Shown: positions 1-8,756, counted from the stretch's first letter. The stretch: 64,000 nt of DNA from an uncultured Candidatus Actinomarina sp. (GCA_902555985.1 CACDUI010000006.1:1709-65708), one strand, 5' to 3'. Notes: generated by a model from the letters alone, not told the origin. Program-made: numbers and translations.

Positions 1-1
1 T

Positions 2-754
2 ATACAAGACGGATTATCTGATGTTCCAGTAACAGTTTTGGGCAGTGTGACCGCTCAAAGGTTAGGAATTAATAATCTATCTAAACCAACAAGAATCATG
101 ATTGAAAACGAATGGTTTGGTGTTGTTGGAATATTAGAAGAATTAAAGATTCATCCTGACCTAGATAGGTCTGTGTTTATAGGATACGGCGTAGCAAAAA
201 CACTTTTTGATATTGACGAGGAACCAACAACTATTTACTTAAGGGCAAATCCAACATTCATAGAGGATGTTGTGGAGGTTCTTGCTCCATCTATGAATCC
301 TGAAAATCCAGACCAAGTTGAAGTAACACGTCCTTCAGATGCACTGGAAGCACAACAAGCAGCAGAAGAGGCTTTCACAAATCTACTTTTAGGCCTAGGT
401 TCAGTTGCTCTACTTGTTGGAGGAGTAGCTATTGCAAATGTTATGGTTATGTCAGTTCTCGAACGAAGAATGGAAATTGGCGTTAGGAGATCTATTGGTG
501 CAACCAGAAGAGAGATACGATACCAGTTTTTATTAGAAAGTATTGTTTTGTCAGGTATCGGAGGTCTTGTGGGGGTGCTTCTCGGAGCAGCTATCACTCT
601 GGGTTATACTAATTACACAAATATTGTATTCTCAATACCAGTATGGCAAATATTTGGAGCAGTGCTTTTAGCGTTATTAATCGGAGCTATTTCTGGTGTT
701 TATCCAGCTATAAAAGCATCAAAAATTCAACCAGCAGAAGCAGTAAGAAAGTAA
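2..754 (+). CDS. ABC transporter permease, FtsX/MacB family (3' part; start lies upstream of window)
   Basis: The frame is open from base 2. The C-terminal FtsX-type membrane domain is recognisable (LERRMEIGVRRSIGATRREI ... GVYPAIKASKIQPAEAVRK), preceded by a MacB-like extracytoplasmic segment. Confidence 0.8.
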   Translation: MQDGLSDVPVTVLGSVTAQRLGINNLSKPTRIMIENEWFGVVGILEELKIHPDLDRSVFIGYGVAKTLFDIDEEPTTIYLRANPTFIEDVVEVLAPSMNPENPDQVEVTRPSDALEAQQAAEEAFTNLLLGLGSVALLVGGVAIANVMVMSVLERRMEIGVRRSIGATRREIRYQFLLESIVLSGIGGLVGVLLGAAITLGYTNYTNIVFSIPVWQIFGAVLLALLIGAISGVYPAIKASKIQPAEAVRK

Positions 755-1272
755 AACTACTTTTCTTCGTTGCCGTTTTTACTGCATGCACAATTGGAGG
801 GGAAGAATCACAGGGTGTAGTGACTATTGACTCCACAACACAAACAACCATCGTTGATGAGGAAACTACTTTTGAAGAAGGTGTTCTTAACTTTGCACAA
901 TGCATGAGAGAAGAGGGAATTAACTTTCCAGATCCAACATTTGACATTGATGGCAATCCTGAGTTTGATAATTTAGAAATAGAAAATGAAGAAGAATTTG
1001 AGACTGCTTTTGAAAGTTGTGAAGATATTTTAAGGAATGCACTTCCAGAACAGTTTGACTTAGATCCTGAAGTTGAGGCAGCTTTAGTAGACGCTTCTTT
1101 AGAGTTTTCTCAATGTATGCGTGATCAAGGTATAGATTTTCCAGATCCAAAACCTGGAGAATTTGGTTTCTTTGCTTTTAGAGATGCTGACATTGACTTT
1201 AGTTCTGAGGAAGTACAGGAGGCTTTTGAGATTTGTCAGCCTGAAAATCCTCTTGATAGTCTTGATGAGTAA
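643..1272 (+). CDS. Secreted lipoprotein with an internally duplicated Cys-containing module; true start uncertain (signal peptide begins at ~751)
   Basis: Lipobox FTAC follows a hydrophobic stretch (KLLFFVAVFTAC). The module FAQCMREEGINFPDP / FSQCMRDQGIDFPDP is duplicated. The only canonical in-frame start (ATG 643) lies 112 nt inside the upstream gene. Confidence 0.6.
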   Translation: MANIWSSAFSVINRSYFWCLSSYKSIKNSTSRSSKKVKLLFFVAVFTACTIGGEESQGVVTIDSTTQTTIVDEETTFEEGVLNFAQCMREEGINFPDPTFDIDGNPEFDNLEIENEEEFETAFESCEDILRNALPEQFDLDPEVEAALVDASLEFSQCMRDQGIDFPDPKPGEFGFFAFRDADIDFSSEEVQEAFEICQPENPLDSLDE

Positions 1273-1731
1273 TTAAATACCAGATTCAAAATATGCAGGA
1301 GCAGTTACAGCTATAGTAAGCCAACACGGCTCTTCTAAATCGGGACATTCTGTTTTCTCAAAAACCCAAGTAATAACAAAATAGTTATTTGTTTTTGCAA
1401 GTACTTTTACTTCGTAGTGAACATTGGTTTCATTTTCATATGTAACTTCATAAGAGTATTCTTTTAAATCAATTATCGAGTCGTATGGCGCTGATATCAA
1501 CATTTGATAAAACCGCTCTTTTGGTCCTGTAATCTCTTTATTATCTTCATGAGCAAATCCCCAGATTATATCAACAGCTTTTTCTGGGTTGTTTGTAAAA
1601 TTTTTATAACTATCAAATATTAAATTAAGAACCTCTTCTGAATTGAGACTTTTTGGAGGTTCATCAACTGCTTGGCTTCCAGAACAAGAAACTAGAAGTA
1701 TTAAAAGAATTAAAGTTTTTTTAACCACCAA
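1273..1731 (-). CDS. Hypothetical lipoprotein (possibly NTF2-like/DUF4864-like)
   Basis: Signal peptide plus lipobox (LILLILLVSCSG). TTG/GTG start. The family assignment is only by resemblance. Confidence 0.55.
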   Translation of the reverse strand: MVVKKTLILLILLVSCSGSQAVDEPPKSLNSEEVLNLIFDSYKNFTNNPEKAVDIIWGFAHEDNKEITGPKERFYQMLISAPYDSIIDLKEYSYEVTYENETNVHYEVKVLAKTNNYFVITWVFEKTECPDLEEPCWLTIAVTAPAYFESGI

Positions 1732-1857
1732 TGAGTGTTGTTAAAACAAGATACATGTGCAATACAAATGCAATAGCTAAGAATCCAAAAAATGATTTCT
1801 TTTCAACTTTATTCACATCCAAATACTAGCAACAGTCTAATTTATACGTAAACTGGA

Positions 1858-2013
1858 CTATTTGTTTGCTTGCTCGTAAGCCTGACTATAAAGAATAAGT
1901 GTTGGAGCCCATAGACCTACATAAATTGCAAGCTGAGAATCATCCAAAACAATATAAATAAGCACAGATGCTATTACAGACACCATGCTTGCGTACAATC
2001 CTAATTTTTGCAT
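1858..2013 (-). CDS. Small membrane protein, 51 aa
   Basis: ATG is preceded by GAGAGGAAAT, the same Shine-Dalgarno (SD)-like string as upstream of panB. Two hydrophobic segments (MQKLGLYASMVSVIASVLIYIVL...). Below the ORF-track size cutoff. Confidence 0.45.
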   Translation of the reverse strand: MQKLGLYASMVSVIASVLIYIVLDDSQLAIYVGLWAPTLILYSQAYEQANK

Positions 2014-2063
2014 ATTTCCTCTCTTAATTTAATTATACTATGTAAATTTGTTATGATAAAAAT

Positions 2064-2219
2064 ATGCTAGACACATTAACTTCATCACCCTTATTTTTAA
2101 TACTTCTATTTCCTGTTGGCACGCTTACTATATTTGTAATCGGGGTAATTCGAGTAGATATTCGTGATTTAAGGGGACAACAAACAGCAGGTCAAAAGCT
2201 TGTTCTAGAAGAAGAATAG
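2064..2219 (+). CDS. Small membrane protein, 51 aa (tentative)
   Basis: ATG ORF MLDTLTSSPLFLILLFPVGTLTIFVIGVIRVD... with one clear TM segment. No obvious SD. Confidence 0.3.
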   Translation: MLDTLTSSPLFLILLFPVGTLTIFVIGVIRVDIRDLRGQQTAGQKLVLEEE

Positions 2220-2240
2220 TAATTTGTCTTACCTCACTGT

Positions 2241-2753
2241 TTGTATATAACTATGGACAGAGAAAATCTTGAAAATTTAGACGAGGAATCGTTATTTAAA
2301 ATTCAAAATACAATTTCTGAAATTATAAAAGAAAGAAATTTTAAAAAGGGTGATATTGAAGCAATAGTTGATGACTCTTTTGATGTTGCTTTTCCAAAGA
2401 TAGATGGATTAGGTTTAAATCCTTGGGTTGAAGGTTCTATGTTAGTTTGCCCTGGAGCAAGAATAGATAAATCACAGACAAAGCATATATGTAAATTTGT
2501 TGCTGTTGGTGAAGATTGGTCATGGGAGTCTAGCAATATGATTAGTGATGTAATACGTCGAGACCAGTCTTCAAAGAGATTTAGACAACACTCAATAACA
2601 TTAATCTCACCCTACGAAGGCATGACAGTCGATGTAATTATGCAAAAATCACAAAATGGAAAACATTTAGTAGATAGTGTTGAGTCTTATATATTTGCAA
2701 ATGGATCTCTAAAAAAAACAATGTCAAAATCCTCTAGATCAAGAGAACACTAA
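2241..2753 (+). CDS. Hypothetical protein
   Basis: 170-codon ORF (TTG 2241 or ATG 2253). No motif recognised. Confidence 0.55.
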   Translation: MYITMDRENLENLDEESLFKIQNTISEIIKERNFKKGDIEAIVDDSFDVAFPKIDGLGLNPWVEGSMLVCPGARIDKSQTKHICKFVAVGEDWSWESSNMISDVIRRDQSSKRFRQHSITLISPYEGMTVDVIMQKSQNGKHLVDSVESYIFANGSLKKTMSKSSRSREH

Positions 2754-2754
2754 T

Positions 2755-3246
2755 TTAAGAAAACCAACTATGCTTACCAAATTTATTTCTGGGTACAGGA
2801 GTATTTTCCTCAATAAACCATTCAATCCCGCTTAATACAGAGTTCAAATAGGACTTTAATTTGATATTTATGTATAAAAAATAAGGCAAAAAAGAAAAAA
2901 TCTTAGGCCAGGTGCTTAATAAAAAGGGGTACACGGTTATCGAAAGCCGCACCCCATTTTCTTCTTCCTTTATTCTCCACTCAACAAAGGATTGCTTTTT
3001 ATTACTGTTTCCTATCCAGAGATCATAGCCTTCACCCGGTTTCCAATCAGAAAATTTTCTTCGATAGGTTAATCCATTTAGATAGACCAGTTCGTCCTCA
3101 TGGAGATCTTTTTCCCAGTGAATTACAGAGTTGTTGTCACAATAAGGATGTGTATCGTTTAAATAATTTGGTGATGAAATAGTTTTCCAAAGCACTTCTT
3201 TTGAGCATTTATACAACTTATTATTAGAGGATTTAAATCTCTTCAT
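2755..3246 (-). CDS. SRPBCC/START-like superfamily protein (tentative)
   Basis: 163-aa ORF with size and pattern reminiscent of SRPBCC ligand-binding proteins. TATCCT lies 6 nt upstream of the ATG. Confidence 0.45.
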   Translation of the reverse strand: MKRFKSSNNKLYKCSKEVLWKTISSPNYLNDTHPYCDNNSVIHWEKDLHEDELVYLNGLTYRRKFSDWKPGEGYDLWIGNSNKKQSFVEWRIKEEENGVRLSITVYPFLLSTWPKIFSFLPYFLYINIKLKSYLNSVLSGIEWFIEENTPVPRNKFGKHSWFS

Positions 3247-3369
3247 AACTTAAGGATAAATGTGTTGAGTTATATATAAAATTGAGCATTGGTCAACCAC
3301 TTTTGAAGTGTGTTTGAGTGACATTTAACGCATACACGTGATTGACCACTAATAATTATAATTTTATTT

Positions 3370-3424
3370 TCACAACCTTGCAAGATTGTGATATTTATTT
3401 CACAAAATAATATTATTTGTGAAA
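3370..3424. promoter_or_regulatory. Two adjacent inverted repeats built from TCACAA/TTGTGA half-sites (candidate operators)
   Basis: IR1 is TCACAA-C-CTTGCAAG-A-TTGTGA (3370-3391). IR2 is TTTCACAAA-n9-TTTGTGAAA (3398-3424). A further TTTTCACG lies at 3444-3450. Confidence 0.35.
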
Positions 3425-3490
3425 ATAACTACTTAGAGGAAATTTTCACGAGTCACTGAAAGCAAGCCGGGAGCAATCCCAGTTTGCTTA

Positions 3491-4657
3491 TTAGTAAGTT
3501 ATTAGTGATATTGCTAAAACAAGACAAAGAATAAAGCCATAATAAGGTATGCCTACTGAGTAAAGTCTTTTCTCTTTATCTAGTTTGATAACACAGAGAT
3601 TTGTAATTGTGTAATATATCAAAATAAAAAAAGAACTTAATTTTATTGATCCCACAACATCAAAAATATAAATTCCGATTATCACTGAAATAAGAACAAA
3701 AGCCTCTGAGAAGTAAGCAGAGTTAAATTTGTTATGAATTTTGGAGAAACTCTGAGGGAGTATTTTATCTCTTGAAAGTGCGACATATATTCTGCTTATG
3801 CCAGGCATTAGGGCTAGGAATACAGAAACCATAGCAATAGAAGAAGCAAAAATGACCAGAAATGTAAATGCCGAAAATCTACTTACATCCATTGCAACAA
3901 GCAACGGAGTGCTTGAATTCATAATGATTTCTGGACTTACAATAGAAAGGGTTAACCAACTAATAATTAGATATAAAAAAACAGTAATACCAAGGCCAGT
4001 AAATATTGCTGTAGGAATTATTTCTTTAGGATTTTTTATCTCCTCACCAAATGTAGCCAGTCTTGAATATCCAGTGAAAGCAAAAAACCAAATACTTGCA
4101 GAAAGTAAAATGTTGTCGAAAGATATATCTTTAAAGACTGGGATAGAGTAACTAACACCCGAAGTTGAGAGAATCGATACGCTGTAAAATATAAGTAGCC
4201 CAAACAGAATCCAAACAAACCATTTTGCTATTTCTGCGGTTTTATTAATTCCAGAAAAACTTATTAAAAAAATTAATAAACATAAAACTACACCGATTTC
4301 TTTACCGTACACTGGCGAAAGATAATTTCCAACTGTTAACGCTATCGCTATACAGCTAATTGTCTTCCCTATTATAAAAACTACACCAGCGACAATATCA
4401 TAAGGTCTCCCTAAAATCTCTTTTGCGTACAAGTATGTTCCGCCTGTTTTTGGAAATAATGAGGACAGTTGAGCGGAAGATGAGGCGTTTGCAAAAGCCA
4501 AAGAAGAAGCTATCAACAAACCAATAATGGATCCATAGGAACTAATTTTTGAAGTGGGAGCAATGTTGTTAAACAAGCCAGCACCAATCATTGAACTTAA
4601 ACCGAGGTAGATAGAACTTTTTAAAGTAAGCGTTCGATTAAATTCTTGATTTTCCAT
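3491..4657 (-). CDS. APC-family amino acid permease
   Basis: Multi-TM protein with an N-terminal APC signature region (LGLSSMIGAGLF ... SSAQLSSLFPKTGGTYLYAKE). Confidence 0.8.
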   Translation of the reverse strand: MENQEFNRTLTLKSSIYLGLSSMIGAGLFNNIAPTSKISSYGSIIGLLIASSLAFANASSSAQLSSLFPKTGGTYLYAKEILGRPYDIVAGVVFIIGKTISCIAIALTVGNYLSPVYGKEIGVVLCLLIFLISFSGINKTAEIAKWFVWILFGLLIFYSVSILSTSGVSYSIPVFKDISFDNILLSASIWFFAFTGYSRLATFGEEIKNPKEIIPTAIFTGLGITVFLYLIISWLTLSIVSPEIIMNSSTPLLVAMDVSRFSAFTFLVIFASSIAMVSVFLALMPGISRIYVALSRDKILPQSFSKIHNKFNSAYFSEAFVLISVIIGIYIFDVVGSIKLSSFFILIYYTITNLCVIKLDKEKRLYSVGIPYYGFILCLVLAISLITY

Positions 4658-4724
4658 ATTTTTATTTTATCTTTTGTAGGTTTTTTAATAAAGATCAGAA
4701 AAGCATTGTGTTTATAATATTTGT

Positions 4725-5702
4725 ATGTTTAATAAATTGTCACCTGTCACAATAACCAATCAAAAGCACAGAAATTTATTTATAGTTGCTATGCTCTGGT
4801 TTTTTATTGGTGCCTGGATAGATGCAAGCGCTCATACATATTTATTGGATGATATAGAGACATTTTTCACTCCTTGGCACGCAGTGCTGTACACAGGATA
4901 TGCTTTCTCAGTTTTTGTTGCTATGTATGCTAAAAATAAAATAAAAGATTATAAATTTGATGTCGGTGTCCTAGGAGCAGTAATTTTTGGTATAGGAGGA
5001 GCCTCTGATGCAGTTTGGCATACTCTCCTTGGAATCGAGACCGGAGTAGAACCGTTAGTTTCACCCTCACACCTAATGCTTTTTCTAGGTGCCTTTCTTA
5101 TGTTAGATTATATTTTTACTGCAAGGCCAAGTATGGATAATTTGGATACAGCTTCAGTAGTAGCAGTATCAACAATCTATGCTTTGGTAATGTATATTAC
5201 GCAGTTTCTTCATCCATATTTACAGTATGGATTATTTTTTACAAATGATGATGCCTTTGCTGCAGGAACATTATTTTTTCAAGCTATGCTTGCGAGTGTT
5301 GTTTTTGTTTATGCAATAAGATTTAAAATAACACCAAGTCAAATGTTTCTACTCTACTTTCTCTCTTTTGCTTATGTTTCGGTTCACTTTGTATTAGGAG
5401 ATACTACTTTAATGTTGCTAACTATTGGCATCGGCTCAGTCTATAGTTTTGGAGTTTACTCAGTAACAAACTGGTATTACACAACAGATCATGATCGTAA
5501 AATTCAAGTAAGTACAGCAATGGTAGCTTCACTTTATGGCTTGTTTTTTGTAGCGTATTTAATAATTTTGCAATTTCAAATCTCTTATGACATTACCTGG
5601 AGATTCTATGGACTCGGAGGTTTGGTAACTACACCACTGTTATTTGGATATATGGTTGGTAATTTAGGTGTTAATCCGCGAACAGGGGAAGTTGTAGAAT
5701 AA
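4725..5702 (+). CDS. Polytopic membrane protein, unknown function
   Basis: 325 aa with about 9 hydrophobic segments and several conserved-looking His residues. TATAAT lies 6 nt upstream of the ATG. Confidence 0.65.
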   Translation: MFNKLSPVTITNQKHRNLFIVAMLWFFIGAWIDASAHTYLLDDIETFFTPWHAVLYTGYAFSVFVAMYAKNKIKDYKFDVGVLGAVIFGIGGASDAVWHTLLGIETGVEPLVSPSHLMLFLGAFLMLDYIFTARPSMDNLDTASVVAVSTIYALVMYITQFLHPYLQYGLFFTNDDAFAAGTLFFQAMLASVVFVYAIRFKITPSQMFLLYFLSFAYVSVHFVLGDTTLMLLTIGIGSVYSFGVYSVTNWYYTTDHDRKIQVSTAMVASLYGLFFVAYLIILQFQISYDITWRFYGLGGLVTTPLLFGYMVGNLGVNPRTGEVVE

Positions 5703-5704
5703 AT

Positions 5705-6556
5705 TTAACTAAGATTTCTTAGATAAATATTTCGATTTAACTTTAATAAAGCCTTTTTTCTTAGGCTTTCTGACTTATAGCGTAGTTGATTAATTGCGAT
5801 ATCGTTGTTATCACTAAGAGCACTTACGTTTATGGGTTTGCCAATTTTTATAGACATTTTTGTACTTCTTTTGTTAAACAACTCATTTAATTGAGAAACA
5901 TCTCTTAGTTGTTTATTTAGATATGAAGCAAAATAAAAAAACCAAGAGTTTTTACCTTCCACATACACAGGCACTAAGGGGAAATTATATTTTTTAGCAA
6001 GAGCAATAGGAGTACTCTCCCAAGGTCTATCCCATAAGCCAAATATTGTAAGTTTTGAAAGCCGTCCCGAAGGAAAGATTATTCCTCCTCTTTCATCACG
6101 AAAAAAAACACTGAGACGTTCAAGCGTTTCTTTGTTAGCTGAGTGAGTTTCCTTTTCTTTATTCCAGACAACTGGTGCTAGAAGATCATGAAAAGCACCT
6201 AAAAGATAAACAAATAATTCATTTGCAAAAAAGAAAAGATCATCACGAACCGGATAAATTTGGTGATATAGTGCGATAGCATCTGCAGCTCCCATTGGGT
6301 GGTTTGATACAATTAAGAACTTTCCTTCACGAGGAATATTTTCAAGACCTTCAACAGTGCAGTTGCTTGTGTATTCACCACCCAACCAGTTAAAGGCCTC
6401 TGGTCCTGACATACTTTGAATATGTTCACCAACAAAAACAGTTTCATTAAATTTGAGATATTTTTTAAGCATCTTGTAAACTACTTTGGAAAAAAAATTA
6501 CTCTTGAGTAACCAAGGGTTTCTCTCATTGATAAGGTGATGAATTTTTTCTTCCAT
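5705..6556 (-). CDS. Lysophospholipid acyltransferase (LPLAT/PlsC superfamily) protein
   Basis: SNHPMGAADA acyltransferase His/Asp motif and a downstream FPSGR motif. Confidence 0.65.
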   Translation of the reverse strand: MEEKIHHLINERNPWLLKSNFFSKVVYKMLKKYLKFNETVFVGEHIQSMSGPEAFNWLGGEYTSNCTVEGLENIPREGKFLIVSNHPMGAADAIALYHQIYPVRDDLFFFANELFVYLLGAFHDLLAPVVWNKEKETHSANKETLERLSVFFRDERGGIIFPSGRLSKLTIFGLWDRPWESTPIALAKKYNFPLVPVYVEGKNSWFFYFASYLNKQLRDVSQLNELFNKRSTKMSIKIGKPINVSALSDNNDIAINQLRYKSESLRKKALLKLNRNIYLRNLS

Positions 6557-7224
6557 TAAGCTTTAAACCTACTTTTTTTACCTTTTATTCCATCAAAACA
6601 AAAGCGAAGTCTTTGTATAACTTCTTCTTCTGACCCTTCAAGGTCTAAACTATTTAAAAACTGTAATCTGTGATTTTCATAATCAATCTGTACAGGCATT
6701 ACTTCAGCTTCTAGTTCCTTAGCTAAATACAAAAAACTACTTCTAAACCTAGTTGCATCAAATCTGCCTTCCGGTGTAATAATGAGTAGGAAGTTGTCTC
6801 GTTGAATAAGCTCTTCAACAACAGAATCGTACTGACCGCTATTCTTTTTTCTATCTACTGGAATGGCACCAAATTTTTTAAATACAAGTTCTTGTAACCA
6901 TCCAAGTGGCCAGCGGATACCTTGGTTGTCGATATCTGCAGGCTTAATAAAAGGATTAGGAATTCTTCTCATAGTCCATTTTGCTGAAAGGTAACAGACA
7001 TCAATATCTAAAGCTAAAATCATCAAAACCATTAAATATTCATCTTTTCCTGATTGATGAGGTGCAGCAGCAACTATTACTCTTTTATTATCTAAAAATG
7101 ATCCTTTGGCTTTGACGTTTTCAAATAAAAGCAGAAAATGAGCAAGATACTTTAAAAAGAAACGCTTCTTTCTTGGCGTGTAGGCACTAACGGTTACCTC
7201 AGGTAAGGCTTTTGTATAAGGCAT
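6556..7224 (-). CDS. PlsC-like acyltransferase (short form), paralog of 21824-22489
   Basis: APHQSGKD (HX4D) motif and ITPEGRF motif. Start overlaps the stop of the downstream gene by 1 nt. Confidence 0.65.
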   Translation of the reverse strand: MPYTKALPEVTVSAYTPRKKRFFLKYLAHFLLLFENVKAKGSFLDNKRVIVAAAPHQSGKDEYLMVLMILALDIDVCYLSAKWTMRRIPNPFIKPADIDNQGIRWPLGWLQELVFKKFGAIPVDRKKNSGQYDSVVEELIQRDNFLLIITPEGRFDATRFRSSFLYLAKELEAEVMPVQIDYENHRLQFLNSLDLEGSEEEVIQRLRFCFDGIKGKKSRFKA

Positions 7225-7246
7225 AATTTATTAATTTAAAATTATT

Positions 7247-7945
7247 TTAGTAGGTTTGCTCTTCGTCACTGTCCATAAATGAGACATTGTTGAACTCTTT
7301 AAGCCTAAAAAAGTGACCATTAGAAATTTCGGTCGATTTAAATGTCGTGTGTCCTGTATGTCTTGGAAGAAATTTTCTCCATGTCCATGCATAAAGAGGC
7401 ATATTTAAAAAATATGAGAGCAATACAGACATAGTTCCAGCGTGAGAAATAATCATAAGCTTCTCAATGCTAGATTTACTTAAATCAAATCTCCTATCAA
7501 ATTTTGTATCTAATGAAATGATTCCTCTTTTTTCAAGCTCTATTTCTAAATTCGATACAATATTTTTACTAAATTTTTCCATATATTTTCCATGATTACC
7601 ATCAGTCCACTCTTCAAATGACTGTGAATTACGCTTAGCAAAGAATGCAAAAACTTCTTCTTTGCTTTTTCCATATAATGCTTCTTCCTCATCATCTTGC
7701 ATTTCTTGAAGCCATTCATATATAAAAGTAGATTTCGCCACACTATTTTTCTCAAATGGTTCAAATGTTTCTTGAGCACGTTTTAATGGTGAAACCCATA
7801 ATTCATCGATACTATTTTTTTGAAACATTGCAGAAGATTTTTTAGATTGTAATTTTCCTAAATCAGTAAGACCTGGATTTTTAGTATAAACATCTATACC
7901 GCTTCCCCAGTCAGGTTGACCATGTCTAATCAATACGATTTCCAT
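7247..7945 (-). CDS. Histidine phosphatase family protein (phosphoglycerate mutase-like)
   Basis: N-terminal LIRHGQP (RHG catalytic motif) and a distal SHAGT motif. Confidence 0.8.
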   Translation of the reverse strand: MEIVLIRHGQPDWGSGIDVYTKNPGLTDLGKLQSKKSSAMFQKNSIDELWVSPLKRAQETFEPFEKNSVAKSTFIYEWLQEMQDDEEEALYGKSKEEVFAFFAKRNSQSFEEWTDGNHGKYMEKFSKNIVSNLEIELEKRGIISLDTKFDRRFDLSKSSIEKLMIISHAGTMSVLLSYFLNMPLYAWTWRKFLPRHTGHTTFKSTEISNGHFFRLKEFNNVSFMDSDEEQTY

Positions 7946-7995
7946 ACAAAAACAATAGCTAAACTAGGTTATTCTGATAGCTAAAGATAAAATAT

Positions 7996-8445
7996 ATGAA
8001 AATCTATAGAGATAGGAATAGTCTGCTGCTCCCACTTCTCAGGGGAAGTCTTCTTACATACATTGGAATAGATAATATTATTTCAGGACCTTTTAGAAAC
8101 TTAATGATTACTTATTTTAAATTAGGAGATTTTGGATCAAACGCAAGGGAGGAATATCTATATTATCTTCTATTATTTTTTGGTTTACTACAGTTATTTA
8201 TATCTATTCAAAGCATATTCCAACCAGTGATTGAAGTTGTTGACACAAAAATAGTGCTCCGCACAAAGGAAAAAACACTTTCTGTAATCAGAAATACATT
8301 TGATATAACAAACATTGAATTAGTAGAGGATAATTTTCTAAAGATATCATTTGGTGAAGAGATATACAATATTCAAATTGATGATGTTCCAATTAGTGAG
8401 ATTGATAATATTTTTCCATCATTTAACTTTCAAGAAGAAGAATAA
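7996..8445 (+). CDS. Hypothetical membrane-associated protein
   Basis: 149-aa ORF with two hydrophobic segments. Confidence 0.5.
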   Translation: MKIYRDRNSLLLPLLRGSLLTYIGIDNIISGPFRNLMITYFKLGDFGSNAREEYLYYLLLFFGLLQLFISIQSIFQPVIEVVDTKIVLRTKEKTLSVIRNTFDITNIELVEDNFLKISFGEEIYNIQIDDVPISEIDNIFPSFNFQEEE

Positions 8446-8522
8446 GTTACTTGCATTAGGAATATAGTCATTGATGCTCAAAATGGGAACAAAACCTCGC
8501 GAAAAATACATTAGTAAATATC

Positions 8523-8551
8523 TTGCATAAGAACAAAAACTGACGTATATT
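8523..8551 (+). promoter_or_regulatory. Sigma-70-type promoter of candidate sRNA 1 (TTGCAT-17-TATATT)
   Basis: -35 TTGCAT at 8523-8528, 17-nt spacer, -10 TATATT at 8546-8551. Confidence 0.5.
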
Positions 8552-8556
8552 TATAG

Positions 8557-8646
8557 AACACTATCGGAAAAGAAATCGCAAGATTGAAAAGAAGATAGGA
8601 TAAAAAATCCCGGAAGGTCGCAAGATCAATCGGGATTTTTGCTTTT
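8557..8646 (+). ncRNA. Candidate small RNA 1 (~90 nt), unknown family
   Basis: Predicted TSS is ~6-7 nt after the -10. Hairpin AATC-GCAA-GATT at 8574-8585. A long 3' hairpin AAAAATCCCGG/AA/GGTC-GCAA-GATC/AA/TCGGGATTTTT (8603-8640) is followed by a T-rich tail. No ATG in the transcript. Confidence 0.5.
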
Positions 8647-8722
8647 GTCCTTAAATAATTTTGAAGTATGAAATTATAAAACTGATGTATAAAAGTTCGC
8701 GAAAAAAAGATCCAGAAATATC

Positions 8723-8751
8723 TTGCTTAAATCACAAAACTACTGTATTTT
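8723..8751 (+). promoter_or_regulatory. Sigma-70-type promoter of candidate sRNA 2 (TTGCTT-17-TATTTT)
   Basis: -35 TTGCTT at 8723-8728, 17-nt spacer, -10 TATTTT at 8746-8751. Exactly 200 nt downstream of the unit-1 promoter. Confidence 0.5.
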
Positions 8752-8756
8752 TAAAT

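Noticed and set aside
235-597. Antisense or alternative-frame ORFs in the six-frame track. Examples: 235-597, 708-956, 3798-4151, 13604-14014, 14234-14521, 16355-16771, 32613-33104, 33679-34047, 45861-46394, 50235-50627, 52273-52599, 52932-53267, 54996-55205, 55022-55207.
   Set aside because: Each lies entirely within a longer ORF that has recognisable family motifs. Their translations are low-complexity or Ser/Leu-rich with no motifs, as expected for shadow ORFs in AT-rich DNA.
3370-3424. Calling the TGTGA/TCACA array canonical CRP/GlxR sites.
   Set aside because: The only TGTGA-TCACA spacing is N8, and the TCACA-TGTGA spacings are N12 and N13, rather than N6. It is kept as an unknown operator array.
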